This document shows positions 19,813 to 32,522 of a stretch of DNA of 64,000 nt, one piece after another; position 1 is the stretch's first letter, and every line of letters starts with the position of its first letter. Location of the stretch: the NCBI GenBank assembly GCA_963735175.1, contig CAVTJX010000016.1, forward strand, positions 272,909-336,908, written 5' to 3'. The translations under genes and the position numbers were made by a program. Origin of the DNA: an uncultured bacterium (GTDB lineage: Bacteria > Electryoneota > RPQS01). The notes under the pieces were generated by a model. It was not told the origin of the DNA, ran no database searches, and saw only the letters and a list, made by a program, of their open reading frames with translations.

Positions 19813-19817
19813 GTCCG

Positions 19818-21360
19818 CTATGCGCGGTATTCTTCGGTCACTTCCTTCTTGTGTTTCCAGCTGTAACACTTGAATTCTTCAAGCTTTAGCTGTTCGTCAG
19901 CTTCCAGCTTGATGTACATGAAGGATTCCCACATGATCTGGCGGAGATGCGAACGCAGCCCGGTTGTGATATAATCCACAATTTCGGGATGGGCTCGGAT
20001 CGTCAGCCCCATCTCCCCTGTCCCGGGCCCGGAAACGGCGTACCCAAGATTGCAACTGGGTCACTACCGTTTCCTTAACCACCACCATCCCCGTGCCGCC
20101 ACAGGTCGGGCAGGGCTCATTAAAGGTATGCACGAGGCTGGATTTGGTGCGCTGGCGCGTCATCTCGAGGATGCCGAACTGGCTGATGGGCGCCATATCC
20201 CACTTCGCGCGATCGTCCTTCATGGCAGCGTGCATGGCGTCAAAGACGCGGCGGCGATTGCGGTCCTCCAGCATGTCGATAAAGTCGATAATAATGATTC
20301 CGCCAAGGTTGCGCAGCCGGAGCTGGCGGGCGATCTCCTGCACCGCCTTCAGGTTCACGCGCATGTTGTTCTCTTCCTGACCTTCTTTGCCGACGTAGCG
20401 GCCGCTGTTGACGTCAATCGTCACCACGGCCTCCGTCTGCTCGATGATCAAGTAGCTGCCGCCGCCAAACCAGACCTTGCGCGCGATGCCCTTCTCGATT
20501 TCCGCCTCGATCTTAAAAGCATCAAACACCGGCTCCTTGCCCTCGAAAAGCTGGATACGTTCGAGCAGCGTGGGAGCGACCGAGCGCACATAGGCGCGGA
20601 TCTCGCGGTGCAGCTTCGGGCTGTCGACGATCACGCGGTCGATGTCCGGCGAAAACAAATCGCGAATGATGCTCGATGTCAGGCTCGCTTCCTTATGCAC
20701 GCGGGCCGGGGCGGGCGTGGCGTCGATCTGCTTTTCGATCATCATCCACAAGCGGTACATGGTGCGCATGTCGCGCCGCACTTCCTCCTCGGGCTTCCCT
20801 TCGCCCACCGTGCGGCAGATGAGGCCGAAGCCTTCGGGCCGGATCGCCTTCAGGATACTCTTCAGCCGCTTGCGCTCTTTCATGTCGGGCACGCGTTTTG
20901 AGACGCCCACCATGTTGTCGCCCGGCAGCAGGACGAGAAAGCGGCCCGGCAGCGAGATTTGCGAACTTAGGCGCGGTCCTTTCTTCCCCAACGGCTCCTT
21001 GACGATCTGCACGAGAATTTCCTGGCCGGGCTTGAGCTGTTCGGGGCGCGGCTTGTAGGCGCGCTTGGCGCCGGGGCGCTTCTCCGGCTGGGCGACTTCT
21101 TCGATTTCCATACCTTCCGCCAGTTCCACCGAGGACTGGAAGAGATCGGAAAAGTGAATGAAGCCGTCGATTTCCCAGCCGATGTTGATGAACGCCGCCT
21201 GCAAGCCCGGCATCACGCGGCGGACGATTCCCTTGTAGACGTCGCCCACGTGGCGTTCATGTTCCGGGCGTTCGACGAAAAGATTGACGAGGACTCCGTC
21301 TTCCAGCAGCGCGATACGCGATTCGGTGACGGTGGAGTTGATAATAAGTTCTTTTTTCAC
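19818..21360 (-). CDS. rng: ribonuclease E/G family protein (frameshift near 20020)
   Basis: S1 domain GDVYKG..PGLQAAF, KEPLGKKGPRL, IDVNSG, QLRLRNLGGIIIIDFIDM, CPTCGG. Confidence 0.93.
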
Positions 21361-21486
21361 GGGAGATAAATTTCCAATTCATCCCGCAGTCGCGTGCCGG
21401 AGCGCTGGCGCCCCTTTCGGAAACGCCGCGCGTAGAGCCCGTGCCCTGCGTCAGTTGGTGAGGCCCGCGCCGCTAAGCGAGGACGG

Positions 21487-23229
21487 TTAAAACGTACTAA
21501 AAGGGAAATGTGGAGTTTGCCGCCGAGCAACGCATCGCCCTCGCCCACTCCATAATCAATTCCCCAGATTCCCAGATCGGTTTCCAGGCGCAGGCCGATG
21601 CCCTCGCCCGTGCGGAACAAGGTCGAATTCGACTTCGAGCCACCTCCGCCCGCGGTTGGCGATAGACGCTTCCCGCGTCGAAAAACGCGAACACCCGCGA
21701 AGCCGGGCCGAGCCAGTAGCGCAGCTCCGCCGACGCCCAGCCGATGCGCGATCCTAAAAACTGTTCTTCGCGGTAGCCGCGCAGCGTGCGCGCCCCGCCC
21801 AGGCGATACAAGTCGGGCAGCAGAACCTTCGGGCTCCGTGGTCCGCAGCGCGCGCGCATGCAGGCCCAGATCTCCGATCCAGAACGGCAGCAACTTCTGC
21901 GCGATCTCGCTGTCCAGCCCAACCCGATGGTGGCGGAACGAACCCGGCGGCGAGTCCCGCCGCGCTGCGCTCGCGCTGCCGCCAGCCCGTGCCGGCGAAC
22001 GTGGAAAAAAATACGCCAGCGCGTGGATTGGTGGGATGGTCGCGCGTGTCGTAGGAAAGGCCCGACTTCGAAATACGTCGTGCGGCTGTCGGGCAATCCC
22101 AGCGCCGCCGCCGACTGCGAGTCGGCGATGACGGCTTCCTGCTGTACTGTACCCCACAGTCCGAAATTTGAGGGCAGTTCCAGCTCGCCGCGTAGCCCGA
22201 TGCGCCGCGTAACGTACAGTGTATCCTCGATGCGCTGGGCAAAGTCCACGCGCAGCGCCAGCGGTTGATTCAGAATCCACGGCTCGCGATAGGCCACTTC
22301 CACCGCCTGTATTCGCTTGTCGGGCCGTTCCCAGTGGAGCCGCGCGCGCCGTCCCGCGCCGAAGAGATTCAGGAACTCGACGTTAACCAGGCCGCTTAAG
22401 AGAGCCGGCCGGGTTTCCGCCTGCGGCACGTAGCCCGCCGCGATGTCGAGCCGCGTGGCGCGGCCTTCCTCAAGCGGCAGCCGCAGTCCGGTCTGCCCCA
22501 CGGAATTGACAGCCACTTCCGCCGGACCGACGCGCCGGATGAAGTCGAGCCGCCGCAAGTGCCGCCGTGCCGCGTCGATCCGCCGCTGATCATACACGCC
22601 ACCCAGCGGCAGCCGCGCCTCGCGCCGCAGAAACGATTCTTTGGTGTGCCGGTTGCCCGGAAACGACAGAAATTCGAGTTTCGCCAGCGGCCCGCTGGAG
22701 AGCAGCAGCCACAGATCCACCGTGCCCACTACCGAATCCGTTTCCAGCTTCTGCACGTCGATGCGCGCGAACGGATAGCCCACGGTCTCGAAATAATTCA
22801 GCAGCAGTTCCGTATCGAATTCGACATTCGACCAGCGGAAGATCGTTCCCGAGCGGCAGAGTGCCCGGGCGGCTACCGCCGCCGAAACGCGCGTGCTGTC
22901 GCCCAGCCAGCGCAGCGCCGCGACGCGCGCCAGGCTTCCTTCCCGCAGATAGACGTGCAATTCGCGCCGCCCGCGCCTGCCTACGCGTTCACGCACACTG
23001 TCGATCTGGGCAAAGAGGAAGTCGCGCGCCGCCAGCGAATCCACCAGCGCCGCCAGCCGCTCGTTCAGCCGATCCGCGGTCAAACCCGAATCGGATTCGA
23101 CAGCCAGAAAGCGCGTGAGGTCTGCCGATGAAAACTTTCGGTTGCCGTGAAATACAACACGCTCGCTGCGGCGCCGGCCGTGCCGGCAGATCCCAACAAC
23201 AGCAACATTATGAGAATACGCACGCGCAT
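21487..23229 (-). CDS. Omp85 (BamA/TamA-like) outer-membrane protein with POTRA domains (about 3 frameshifts)
   Basis: signal peptide, GYPFA and GNRHTKESFLRRE POTRA motifs, NLFGAGR, YREPW, LGGARTLRGY lid-lock motif, C-terminal Phe. Confidence 0.85.
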
Positions 23230-26200
23230 CAGAACGACGCCCTCACTTCCAGCCGGCCCGTATGGAAGGTCTGCTCGTGCGCGTCGCGCCGTCCCGTGTA
23301 GTTGACGGACCCCGAAAATGTCTGCCCAAACTGGTACGTGCCGCGCAGCGTCCAGCGCAGATTTTCGCCGCGGTTGGAGCCCTGGCCAAGTTCAAAGGGA
23401 ATCGTCTTCCGGTTTGACGACGCGTGGATCCACGTCACTTCACCGTCGACACGTCCCCGCCCCGTCAGGATTAGCGCCGCGTGCGGCTTCAGTTCGCGCA
23501 AGCTGACCTGCGACGTCGTACGTTCGTCATTCGCTTCCACAGCGCGCAGGTCGAGACCGGCTTCCCAGCGCAACGAGAGCGCCAGCGTGTTGACCTGTGA
23601 CGAACTCCGCGCGATCGATGTCGCGGCTTGGGAAAATCCCCGAGTTGTAACGCAATGACCTCGCGCGTAAGCGTCACTTCACTTTCGCCGCGCCAGAAGC
23701 GCAAGTAACGCGCCCGCACTCGCGCGCCGCCTTCGTGCAGGAAACGCGATTGGCCGCCGTTTAAATACTGATTCTGCAGCGACTGCGACTCGCGATAGCG
23801 TAAGCGCACCGCCAGCTTCTGGCTGAGGCGGTTGATGTTCAGATCCTGCCGCAGCGACAAACTGCCCGTCAGCGTTGTCGAATCGTCACCGGAACAGCCG
23901 CTGATCCATCAAGAGCAACCCGGCGCCCAGCGGCCGCCGCGTCTGCTTTTCGATCACCAGTTCCGTCTCCGTCGAGAGCGCCCGCAGCCACGGATCTCGT
24001 CTTGCAGGGGCGGCAATTCGTCGGGCCGCACCGAGACCAGTGCGTTCAGCGACAATTCCGTCGCCGGCGCGAACGAACCGGTGTAACGCGGCACCAGCAA
24101 ATAATTCCCTTGGTCATCGGGCAGGAAGCGCTCGACCTTCGCGGCGGTAATTGCCCGTGCCCGCCGGAACCTCCTGCGTGATCAACACCTGGCTTTGCGA
24201 ACGCGTGTTGGCCACGTCGTAGACGGCGTTCGCCTCCACGATCCGGCTGCGCGGCGCGATCAGCGTTTCCAGATGTCCGACATTGGTGACAATGTCCGTC
24301 GAATCGAGCGTCAGGTAATTCTTTTCGCGGTGCGTGAAGCGCGCCAGCGTCCGCCCGCCTTCGGGCGGATTCCATGCCGCTTCCGAGGACGCCGTGTACG
24401 TCCGCGCTGCATCGAAAGGATTACCACTCAGGGCGATCAGCTCGTCCAGGCGGCGGCGGTACTCGCCGTCAAGATTGAAATGCGCCGGCAGATCGACGCG
24501 CATTCCGCCAAGATAATCAAAAAAGCGGAAACCGCTCGCGAGTCCGCGTGCGCGGTCGCGTTTCCATTCGCGCTGCACAGCGACGCGCGGCGAAAAGCGG
24601 CCGCGCGTGCCGTTTACACCGCCGTTCTGCCGCACCCAGAAGCCCCGTCGCCCGCTCGAGAGAATCCGCGCTCTCCAGCGTCAAATGGTCCGCGGAGAAG
24701 TTCCATTGTTTCAGCAGCAGCGCTGACAGGCCGGCAGTCCTTCGCCGTGAGGAAAAGCCACCCGTGCGTTCCAGGTCGCCGTAACCGCCGCGCACTGTCG
24801 CTCCGCTAAACGGACTGACTGCGAGGTTTGCCTCGCGGATCGTTTCCGCCGTGCCCGCATTCAGCGCGGCATTCCAGTCGCGCGCGAACTCCACTTCCGG
24901 CGCCCGGTTCAGCTCGACGAAATGCCGGTCCCGCCAGCGCACGCGCACGTCGCTCGTAATGCGGTATGGTGTGACAAAGAGCAGTCGTGGTTTTTCCCGG
25001 TCCAACGCGGCAAGGGCGGTGAGCGCTTTGCCGTCGTTGGCGGCGTCGTCGGCACGTGAAAATGTGTTGCGGTCACGCTGGCTGGCGGCAGCCTCACCCG
25101 AAAATGTCAATCCCTTCAACGGCGAAGTGCGCAGCCGCACATCGGCTACGCTGTGCCGCTCGGGCAGAGGTAACCGCCGGTAAGGCCGGTAGCGCCCCGC
25201 CTGCGGCCCCACCCAGCGAAAATACGTCACTCCCAGCGCGTTCGCCGCCGCATCGTAGTCGCCGCGTCCCACGCCAAAATCGTCGAACAGCACGCGCCAC
25301 TGGCCCGTCGGCTTGTTCAGCGAATCGCGCGGCACGAAGCGGAAGATCGTGTAAACGACGCCCGCGTATGTCGTGTCGGCGCGTATGTAATCGCCGCCCA
25401 GAAACCCGATAGAATCCGCCGTTGCCACCACCGCCGAATCAGGATTATCACCCGCGCGCGCCAGCACCTCGCGGTCCGCCGCCGTCAACGCCAGACCCAC
25501 GGGCCGCGAACGGTCGTCGGATTCGGAGATGATCGTGGCGCTGCCGGCAATGTGGTCACCGCCGAAATTGACCGCCGCGCGCCCCGCGCCGTAGAGCCGC
25601 TCGTAATCCTCGCTCGCGTATTCGAAATCGACGACAATGCGCGACTCGCTGCTGATCACGCGCCGCGCGGTGAAGGTGATTTCTCCCGCCGAATAATCGA
25701 CCGTGTAATCGTTGCCCTCGCCGCGGCGCATCAGTTCGCCGTTCAGCCAGACCTTCTCCGTTCCGGCCAGCACCACCATGTTGATTTCGCCGTTCCGTCC
25801 CCGCAGCGGATACGGACCCTGGTTTGCTTCCTGGCCATCCAAAGTATTTGTCGTGAACTGCCCGCGGCTGACCGCGCCCGAGGCGGACGCCGACACGCCG
25901 GGGTAATTCACTTCGCCCAGCACACCCGTCAGCTTGCGGTTGTAGGCATCGTACTGCCCGCCCTTCAGATCCAGCGTGTAATCGCCCAGCGTGGTGGCAA
26001 AATGCGGACTGCGCACGGAGACGAAAATCTTTTCCAGCTCGTTCAGATTCTCCGTCGTGCCTTCGGGCTGAATGGGAGTGTTCTGGTCGGTCAACGCCGC
26101 CACCACATCCACGTTGCGCCCCACGCGCCCCTGAATTTGCAAGTTGAGCGCGGATTCGAGCTGCAAATCCTGCCCCGTCCCCACCTGCACGCTACGGATC

Positions 26201-26680
26201 AGCGACCCCGATTTGTTCAGACGGCTCCAACCCTCCATGGAGGCGCTTTCGGCCACCGGCGCGGGCACAATCCGCGCGGAGTCCGCAGTGGAGTGCGGAT
26301 CTCGCGTCCGATTTCCCGCAGGCTGCGCCGCGCGTACGAGCGGAAAATGGGCGCCGCCTCATAGGCGTAATCGACGCGCAGCGTATCGCCCGGCGCGAGC
26401 GGACGGAACACCCACACGCGATTGCCCGGCTCGGCCACGCGCCAGTCCGTAAACTCCGCCAGCTCCTCGGCGTTGCGGAACACATGCAGCGAGTCGAGGA
26501 TTAACCACGCGGCGGCAGTGTGAACAGCGTATCACGCGCGCCGACGGCCGTGTAAGTGATGCTCCCTTGCCGCAACGGCAGTGCGTCAGCGGCCAGCGGC
26601 AGCAGCAGTGCCGCCAGCAGCAGCGGCGTCCGCAGACCGGCGTGCGCTTTGAAAATCGAAGTCCCCGTCGTGGAGGTTAC
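23229..26680 (-). CDS. large (~1150 aa) uncharacterised outer-membrane beta-barrel protein (several frameshifts; start uncertain)
   Basis: fragments 26217-26483, 24517-26268, 24114-24635, 23489-23860 and 23229-23573 tile one gene; signal-like PLLLAALLLPLAADA; amphipathic strands; ends RLEVRASF. Confidence 0.75.
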
Positions 26681-27552
26681 TCCCGCGTGCGGTGGAAACG
26701 GTACACGGTGTTGGCTCCGCCATCCAGCACATAGTATAGATCAGCCGCCACCGCAATCCCCGCCAGCCGCTTCACGCCCTGCGCGTTAAACGCCTCCGCG
26801 AAGATTAGAGTATCGGGCGGCGTGCTCGCGGCGCATTGCATTAAAACCGCTCGCAGCGTTCCGTAGAGGAGACAGGTGTCCGCCGCGGCCAGATGCATGT
26901 CGTCCACCTTGCCCCACAGGCGCAGTGGAGTGAGTGGATTCAGCAGCGCGTCGGCGCGGTCAATCGTCCCGCTGCCGCGCGACCACCAATAGAGGCCGCG
27001 ACCGGGCACGAAGGCCATCGCGGAAATGTTGGTGATGAACTGCGAGCCGCCGCCGCGTCCCAACTCCGCCTGCAGTGTGAAGAGCGGATCATAGCGCAGC
27101 AGCCGCCCGCCGTCACGGTCGAAGACGTAGAGGTCACCCTGCGGGGAAAGCGCCATCGCCTCGGGTTGGCTCCGATCCTCCCCCGCGGCCGAATCCACCG
27201 GCAGTGTTCCCTGGTATTCCAGCGAGCGCGAAAATTTCTCAATGCGGCGATTGCCGTAATCCAGCACCCACACGGCGTTGCCGCAGTTTGCGATCACCGC
27301 CCGCGGCCATTGAAATTGGCCGTGCGCGCCGCCGAAGCCGCCGGTCTCGGCAATCAGCCGCCCCGTGCTGTCCACGGCGATCACGCGATGATGGCCCGTG
27401 TCCGCGATATAGAGCGTGCCTTCCGCCGACACCGAAATGTCCGCCGCGTCGCGGAGCTGCACGGTCGTCGATGGCAGCACTTTCTGTCACCCTCGCGCAT
27501 TAAGGGCGGAGGCGAAGACGGCCAACAGTAACGTGGCGAGGATCGTTTTCAC
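26677..27552 (-). CDS. secreted NHL-repeat beta-propeller protein (frameshift near 27490)
   Basis: signal VKTILATLLLAVFASA; NHL motifs LYIADTGHHRV, GQFQWPRAV, VWVLDYGNRRI, LYVFD; GTGA overlap with glgA. Confidence 0.82.
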
Positions 27553-29052
27553 GCGGGCACGCGCTCCCCGCTTTGCAAACAGGCGGCGTACAATTCCATG
27601 TATGCCCGCGCCGAATGATCCCACGAGAAATCCTGGCGCATGGCGTTGCGTTGCAGACCCCGCCAGCGCGGTTTGTCGGCGTACGCCGTCAACGCGCGTT
27701 GCAGCGTTTCCAGCAGTGATTGCGAATGGTAAGCGATGAAACTGAATCCGGTGCCCCGCTGCGGATCGGCATCGGCATCGATTACCGTATCCGCCAGCCC
27801 ACCCGTCGCCCGCACTAAGGGCAGCGTGCCATAACGCATGCTCATCATCTGGTTCAACCCACACGGCTCGTATTTCGAAGGCATCAGGAACAGGTCTGCG
27901 CCCGCCTCAATCTGATGCGCGAGGTCTTCGTCATAGCCGATGCACACAAAATAGCGGTCGGGATGTGCGCGCGCGAACTCTGAAAAGAGCTGCTCGAAAT
28001 GAGGATCGCCGCTGCCCAGCATCACCATCCGTGCGGGCGACGCGAGGATCTCCGCCAGCACCGGCGCGACCAGTTCGAAACCCTTCTGCGCCACGATGCG
28101 CGAAATCATGCCGATGAGCGGCGTTTGCGTGTCAACGGGCAGCGCCACACGGCGGCAGAGAGCGCGCTTGTTCGCTTCCTTGCGCTCCAGCGTGTCGGCC
28201 GTATACGTGCTGGCCAGATGCAGATCGGCCGCCGGATTCCAAATGTCGACGTCGATCCCGTTGAGGATTCCCGCCACGCCGCCGCGCGTCCGCAGCACGT
28301 TCTCCAGGCCGTAACCGTATTCGTAGCCGCTCTGGATTTCGTGCGCGTACGTCGGCGAGACGGTATTCAGCGTGTCGGCGAATTCCAGATCCCATCTTCA
28401 GAAAGTTAACGTGGCTGTAGAACTCCAGCGGTCCGCCCGGAAAATAGTAATTCTCCGCGCCCTCGCCGATGCGCGGCACGGTTTCCGCGCCAAACAGGCC
28501 ATGATAAGCGATATTGTGAATCGTCAACAGCGAGCGCGTAGCCGGGAATTTGCCGTTTCCCCGCGCCTGCCGCAAGTAGAACGGCGCCGGTCCCGTCTGC
28601 CAGTCATTGCAGTGAATGATGTCCGGTTCCCAGTCGAGCGCCGCGCAAAGCGCGAAGGCTGCGCGCGAGAGCAGGATGTAACGGTAATCGTTATCGATGT
28701 AATCGCGGTTCGTGAAGGGATCGACGTAGACGCCGGGGCGGTCGTAGAGCGGATCGCACTCGACGAAGTAAATCGAGGGTTCGCCCGCCGCACCTTCACG
28801 ACGGCTGAATCCCGCGCGCAGAGCGCGCCTGCGCAAATCCACGGAAATGTCGGGCATTCTGTCGTCGCGCAGCAAACCATAGCGCGCGGGATCGATAAAT
28901 CCATAGCGCGGCGTGAGCACCCGCACGTCGCAGCCTAACCGCGCCAACGCCCACGGCAGCGCGGAACTAACGTCGGCCAGGCCGCCAGTCTTACTGAACG
29001 GCGCAACCTCGGAGGACAGAAAGAGGATCTTCAGCGGAGGACTAATCATCAC
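27549..29052 (-). CDS. glgA: glycogen synthase (frameshift near 28390)
   Basis: EVAPFSKTGGLADV, HCNDWQT, TIHNIAYHG, ILNGID, SRIVAQKG, PSKYEPCGLNQM, TGGLADTV. Confidence 0.95.
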
Positions 29053-30459
29053 CGTCCGCCGCCAACCGCACCAGATTCCGCCCGTGCCGCTTCACCCAGT
29101 AGAGCGCGCGGTCGGCCCGTTCGATCAGATCATCCGGCGCGCCCGCGGCGGCGTTGTCCGTCACGCCGCAGGAGACCGTAATGGCGCCGATCGCTTCGCC
29201 GTCCTCGGAAATGAAACGCTGCGCCTTCTACCGCCTTGCGGATCTTCTCGGCGACGATGAGGCCACTGGCCGCTTCCACTTCGGGCAGAATCAGCGCGAA
29301 CTCCTCGCCGCCGTAACGGGCCACAAAATCGATGTCGCGCACGGCGCCGCGAATCGCTCGCGCCGTTTCCGCCAGTACCCGGTCGCCCGCGAGGTGGCCG
29401 TAGGTATCGTTGTAACCCTTGAAATCGTCGATGTCGATCATGATCACGGCCATCATCTTCTGATAACGCAACGCCCGCTGAAACTCTGTGCGCAATTGGT
29501 CACGGAAGAAACGGTGGTTGAACAGATTCGTCAGCCCATCCACGGTGGCCATGCGCTGCATCCGCAGATGCGTGCGGCTACGGTCGAGGATCGCCGCCAA
29601 CTCGCGGCGAAACAGCTCCACCGCTTCCACGTCCCCCGGCAGCGGCGCCAGACGGCGGCGGTACAGCAGACGCAACGTTCCCAACGGCTTCGCGCCGGAG
29701 GAGAACGGCAGCAGAAAACCCGAGTGAAACGTTCCGGATTCCGCGGGCGGTTCGAGCATGAATGTCGGGCGCCGCCGCAAGATCCTCCACGAACAACACG
29801 CGGTCGCGACGGTAAAGCAGCCGCATCAGGCGTGGCGTCAGCGCCAGCGAAACTTCGTTTTCGCACCGCGTTTGAATCCAACTCCATTCAGACGTGCGCC
29901 CCGGCCAGAAGTCCCCCGGCGTGTCCAATTGCAATTCCAGAAGATCGGGCGCGAGCACTTCGCGGATGGCGTGACTCAGGTTCATGAACAGCGGTTCCGC
30001 TTCCAGATCAAGCTGATTCAGCGGCTGCAGCGCCTGTAGAATTTGCCGCTCGAGGTCGAGCCACGCCGTCCGCTCCTCGCGTTCGAGCAACATGGCCAAG
30101 GGCGAGATCCCATGCTCGGGCAGTTCCACGGCGGGGCCGAGATCCCGCGCCGCGCTGAACCACTCGCCGCATTCGTGAATCGCATCGGCGGAATCCGTAT
30201 AGCCCACGGCGTATGGATCCGCGCCCAGGCTGAAAGGCGACGGCGAGCGGAACGACGGTTCAGCCACACACAGCACGCCCGCCGGATCGCTGATTTTCGT
30301 GATTGCGGGTCCGCCCCGGCGCGGCGTGATTTCCGTAACTGCATATCCCAGAGCGCGCACCAGATGCGTCAGCCCGACAAGTTGCTCGGCTGTGATGCGG
30401 AAGCGGCGCCACGCATCGGCGTGCACCGATTGATTAATCTGCTGAAAGAGTGAATCCAT
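29042..30459 (-). CDS. sensor (GAF-like) diguanylate cyclase (frameshifts near 29770 and 29225)
   Basis: DGLTNLFNHR, DIDDFKGYNDTYGHLAGD, RDID I-site, RYGGEEF, ADRALYWVKRHGRN. Confidence 0.9.
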
Positions 30460-31276
30460 TGCCACCCTGTTCTCCGGCGTTCGCGTCGCGTTCACCGGCG
30501 AACCAGTTGATCAGCCGCAGCGCGTTGCGCGGCGCCTGTCCGCCATGACAGTTATTGAACAGCACGTAGCCGTTCGTGACCGACTGCGCCGCCTGCTGAA
30601 TCTCCGCGCCCACGCGTTGCAGTTCGTCTTCGGAATAGAGATAATCGTAGCGATCACCGGCGCTGCGGTCGTACCACGCGCCGGCGTTGCGCCCGTGCAG
30701 CCGCACGTACAGACATGTCCGACGTCGCCAGGAAACGGCGCGGCATCAGATCCGGCAGCTCCGGCTCGTCGGGACAGACCCACGTGAGGCCGGATTCGCG
30801 CACCGCGGCCAGCGGCTCATCCTCCAGCCAACTGCGGTGGCGGAACTCGACGCAGAGCCGCTCGCCCGCGCAGCAGATCGCGCACGTGCAGCAAATACGC
30901 CATCGCTCTCGCGCGTAATACTGAAAACGGTTAGGAAACTGCGCCAGCAATCCCAGGAGTTTGCCCGCATCTTTCAGCGGCAACAATGCGGCCAGCAGCG
31001 CGCGCAGCGAATCGCCGGGATGTTCGCGCGCGTGCGTCACGTCCGCGTGGACCTTGGCGAAGAGCTGAAAACTTGCGGCGTCCGTTCGGCGATCGCCTGC
31101 GAACGCCGCCTGCGGCGCGATGCGGTAATACGTGCTGTTGATCTCGCCGATCGGAAAGCGCGCCGCGTAATACTCGAGCCACTTCGTCTGCGGCACGCGC
31201 AGCGGGTAGAAGCTGCCCGCCCAGTCGTCGAACTTCCAGCCCGACGTGCCGATCTTAATAGCGTCGGCGTTGGCAT
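30434..31276 (-). CDS. DUF72 (YecE-like) TIM-barrel protein (several frameshifts)
   Basis: IGTSGW..DWAGSFYP, EINSTYY, VEFRHRSW, RLHGRN, YDYLYS, LFNNCHGGQAPRNA. Confidence 0.9.
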
Positions 31277-32517
31277 CGCGATCCTGCCACACCACCTCGC
31301 CGCCAATCACCACCGCGGCCGCGCGCACGTCGCCGAAATGATACGCCAGCGATTCCAGGTCGGGCACGTCCCACAGCGACACGTCGCCGTGATAGCCGCG
31401 TCTCCAGCGCGCCGACCTCGCGCTCCAGGCGCATCGCCCGCGCGGCGTCCAGCGTCACGCCCCAGAGCAGTTCCTCCGGCGTCAGGTGGCAGTAAATCGC
31501 CGCCGCCGTTAAACAGAAAGGCAGCGATTCGGTCATCGACGATCCGGGGTTCATGTCCGTTGCGATCGCCACGCGCAGCCCGCGCTCGATCATCTCGCCG
31601 CGCCGGCGGATAGGGCAGATTGCCGAGGAAGAAGACGCTCGCCGGCAGCGCCACGCCCACGACGCCCGCTCGGCCATGGCGTCGATCTCTGCGTCATTCA
31701 GATATTCGAGGTGATGCGCGCTGACGGCTTTCAGCTCCGCCGCGAGCAGCGCGCCGCCCGAATGCCCGAACTGGTTGGCGTGAATCATCGGCATCAGGCT
31801 CAGTTCCGCCGCCCGCCAGAGAAACAAGCGCGATTCCTCCACCGTAAACGCGCCGGTCTCGCAGAAGACGTCGACTGCGGTGGCGAGCTTCTGCGCGGCC
31901 ACGCCGGGCAGTCATGCGTTCGCAGACGTCCGTCACGAACTCCGCGCGCCGCGTCGCCCACTCCTTCGGAACCGCGTGAATCAGAAACGTCGTCGCCAGC
32001 CGCTGCGGAATGCGCGTGCCGATTTCCCGCAGCGCTTCCAGCAGCTTCACTTCGCCGTCCCAGTCGAGACCATAGCCCGACTTGCCTTCGATGGTGGTCA
32101 CGCCGCCGCGCAGCGAGCGCGCGAAACGCGGCAGCGATTCGGCGACGACCTGCTCGCTGGACGCTTCCCGCACCTTGGCGGCGGACGCCTGAATCCCGCC
32201 GCCCGCGGCGGCGATTTCCAGGTAGGTCTTGCCCGCGTTGCGCAGATGAAACTCGTGCGCGCGGTTGCCCACAAACACGGGATGCGTGTGGCAGTCGACG
32301 AATCCCGGCAGCGCCAACCGGCCCGCTGCGTCATAGCGCGGAATGCCCTGCGGCACGCGCGGCGCAATCTCGGCTTCCGCGCCAGCCGCGTCACGCGGCC
32401 ATTTTGAATGAGGATGGCCGCGCGCGGGATTTGGTGCACTGGACGCTGCTGGGTGTCGCGCTCGGCAAAGCGCGGCGTGGCCAGCAAGCCGATGTTATGA
32501 ATGTACAGGTCAGCCAA
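31255..32517 (-). CDS. hutI: imidazolonepropionase (about 5 frameshifts)
   Basis: PGFVDCHTHPVF, YLEIAAAGGGI, EGKSGYGL, DVFCETGAF, HANQF, AHHLE, ATDMNPGS. Confidence 0.92.
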
Positions 32518-32522
32518 TGCGG

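Noticed and set aside
30654-31382. Apparent HutI-DUF72 fusion
   Set aside because: Adding one T (GCTTATTAAG) ends HutI as DANADAY-stop and starts DUF72 as MPTPTLIKIGTSG from ATG 31276; a single indel explains both.
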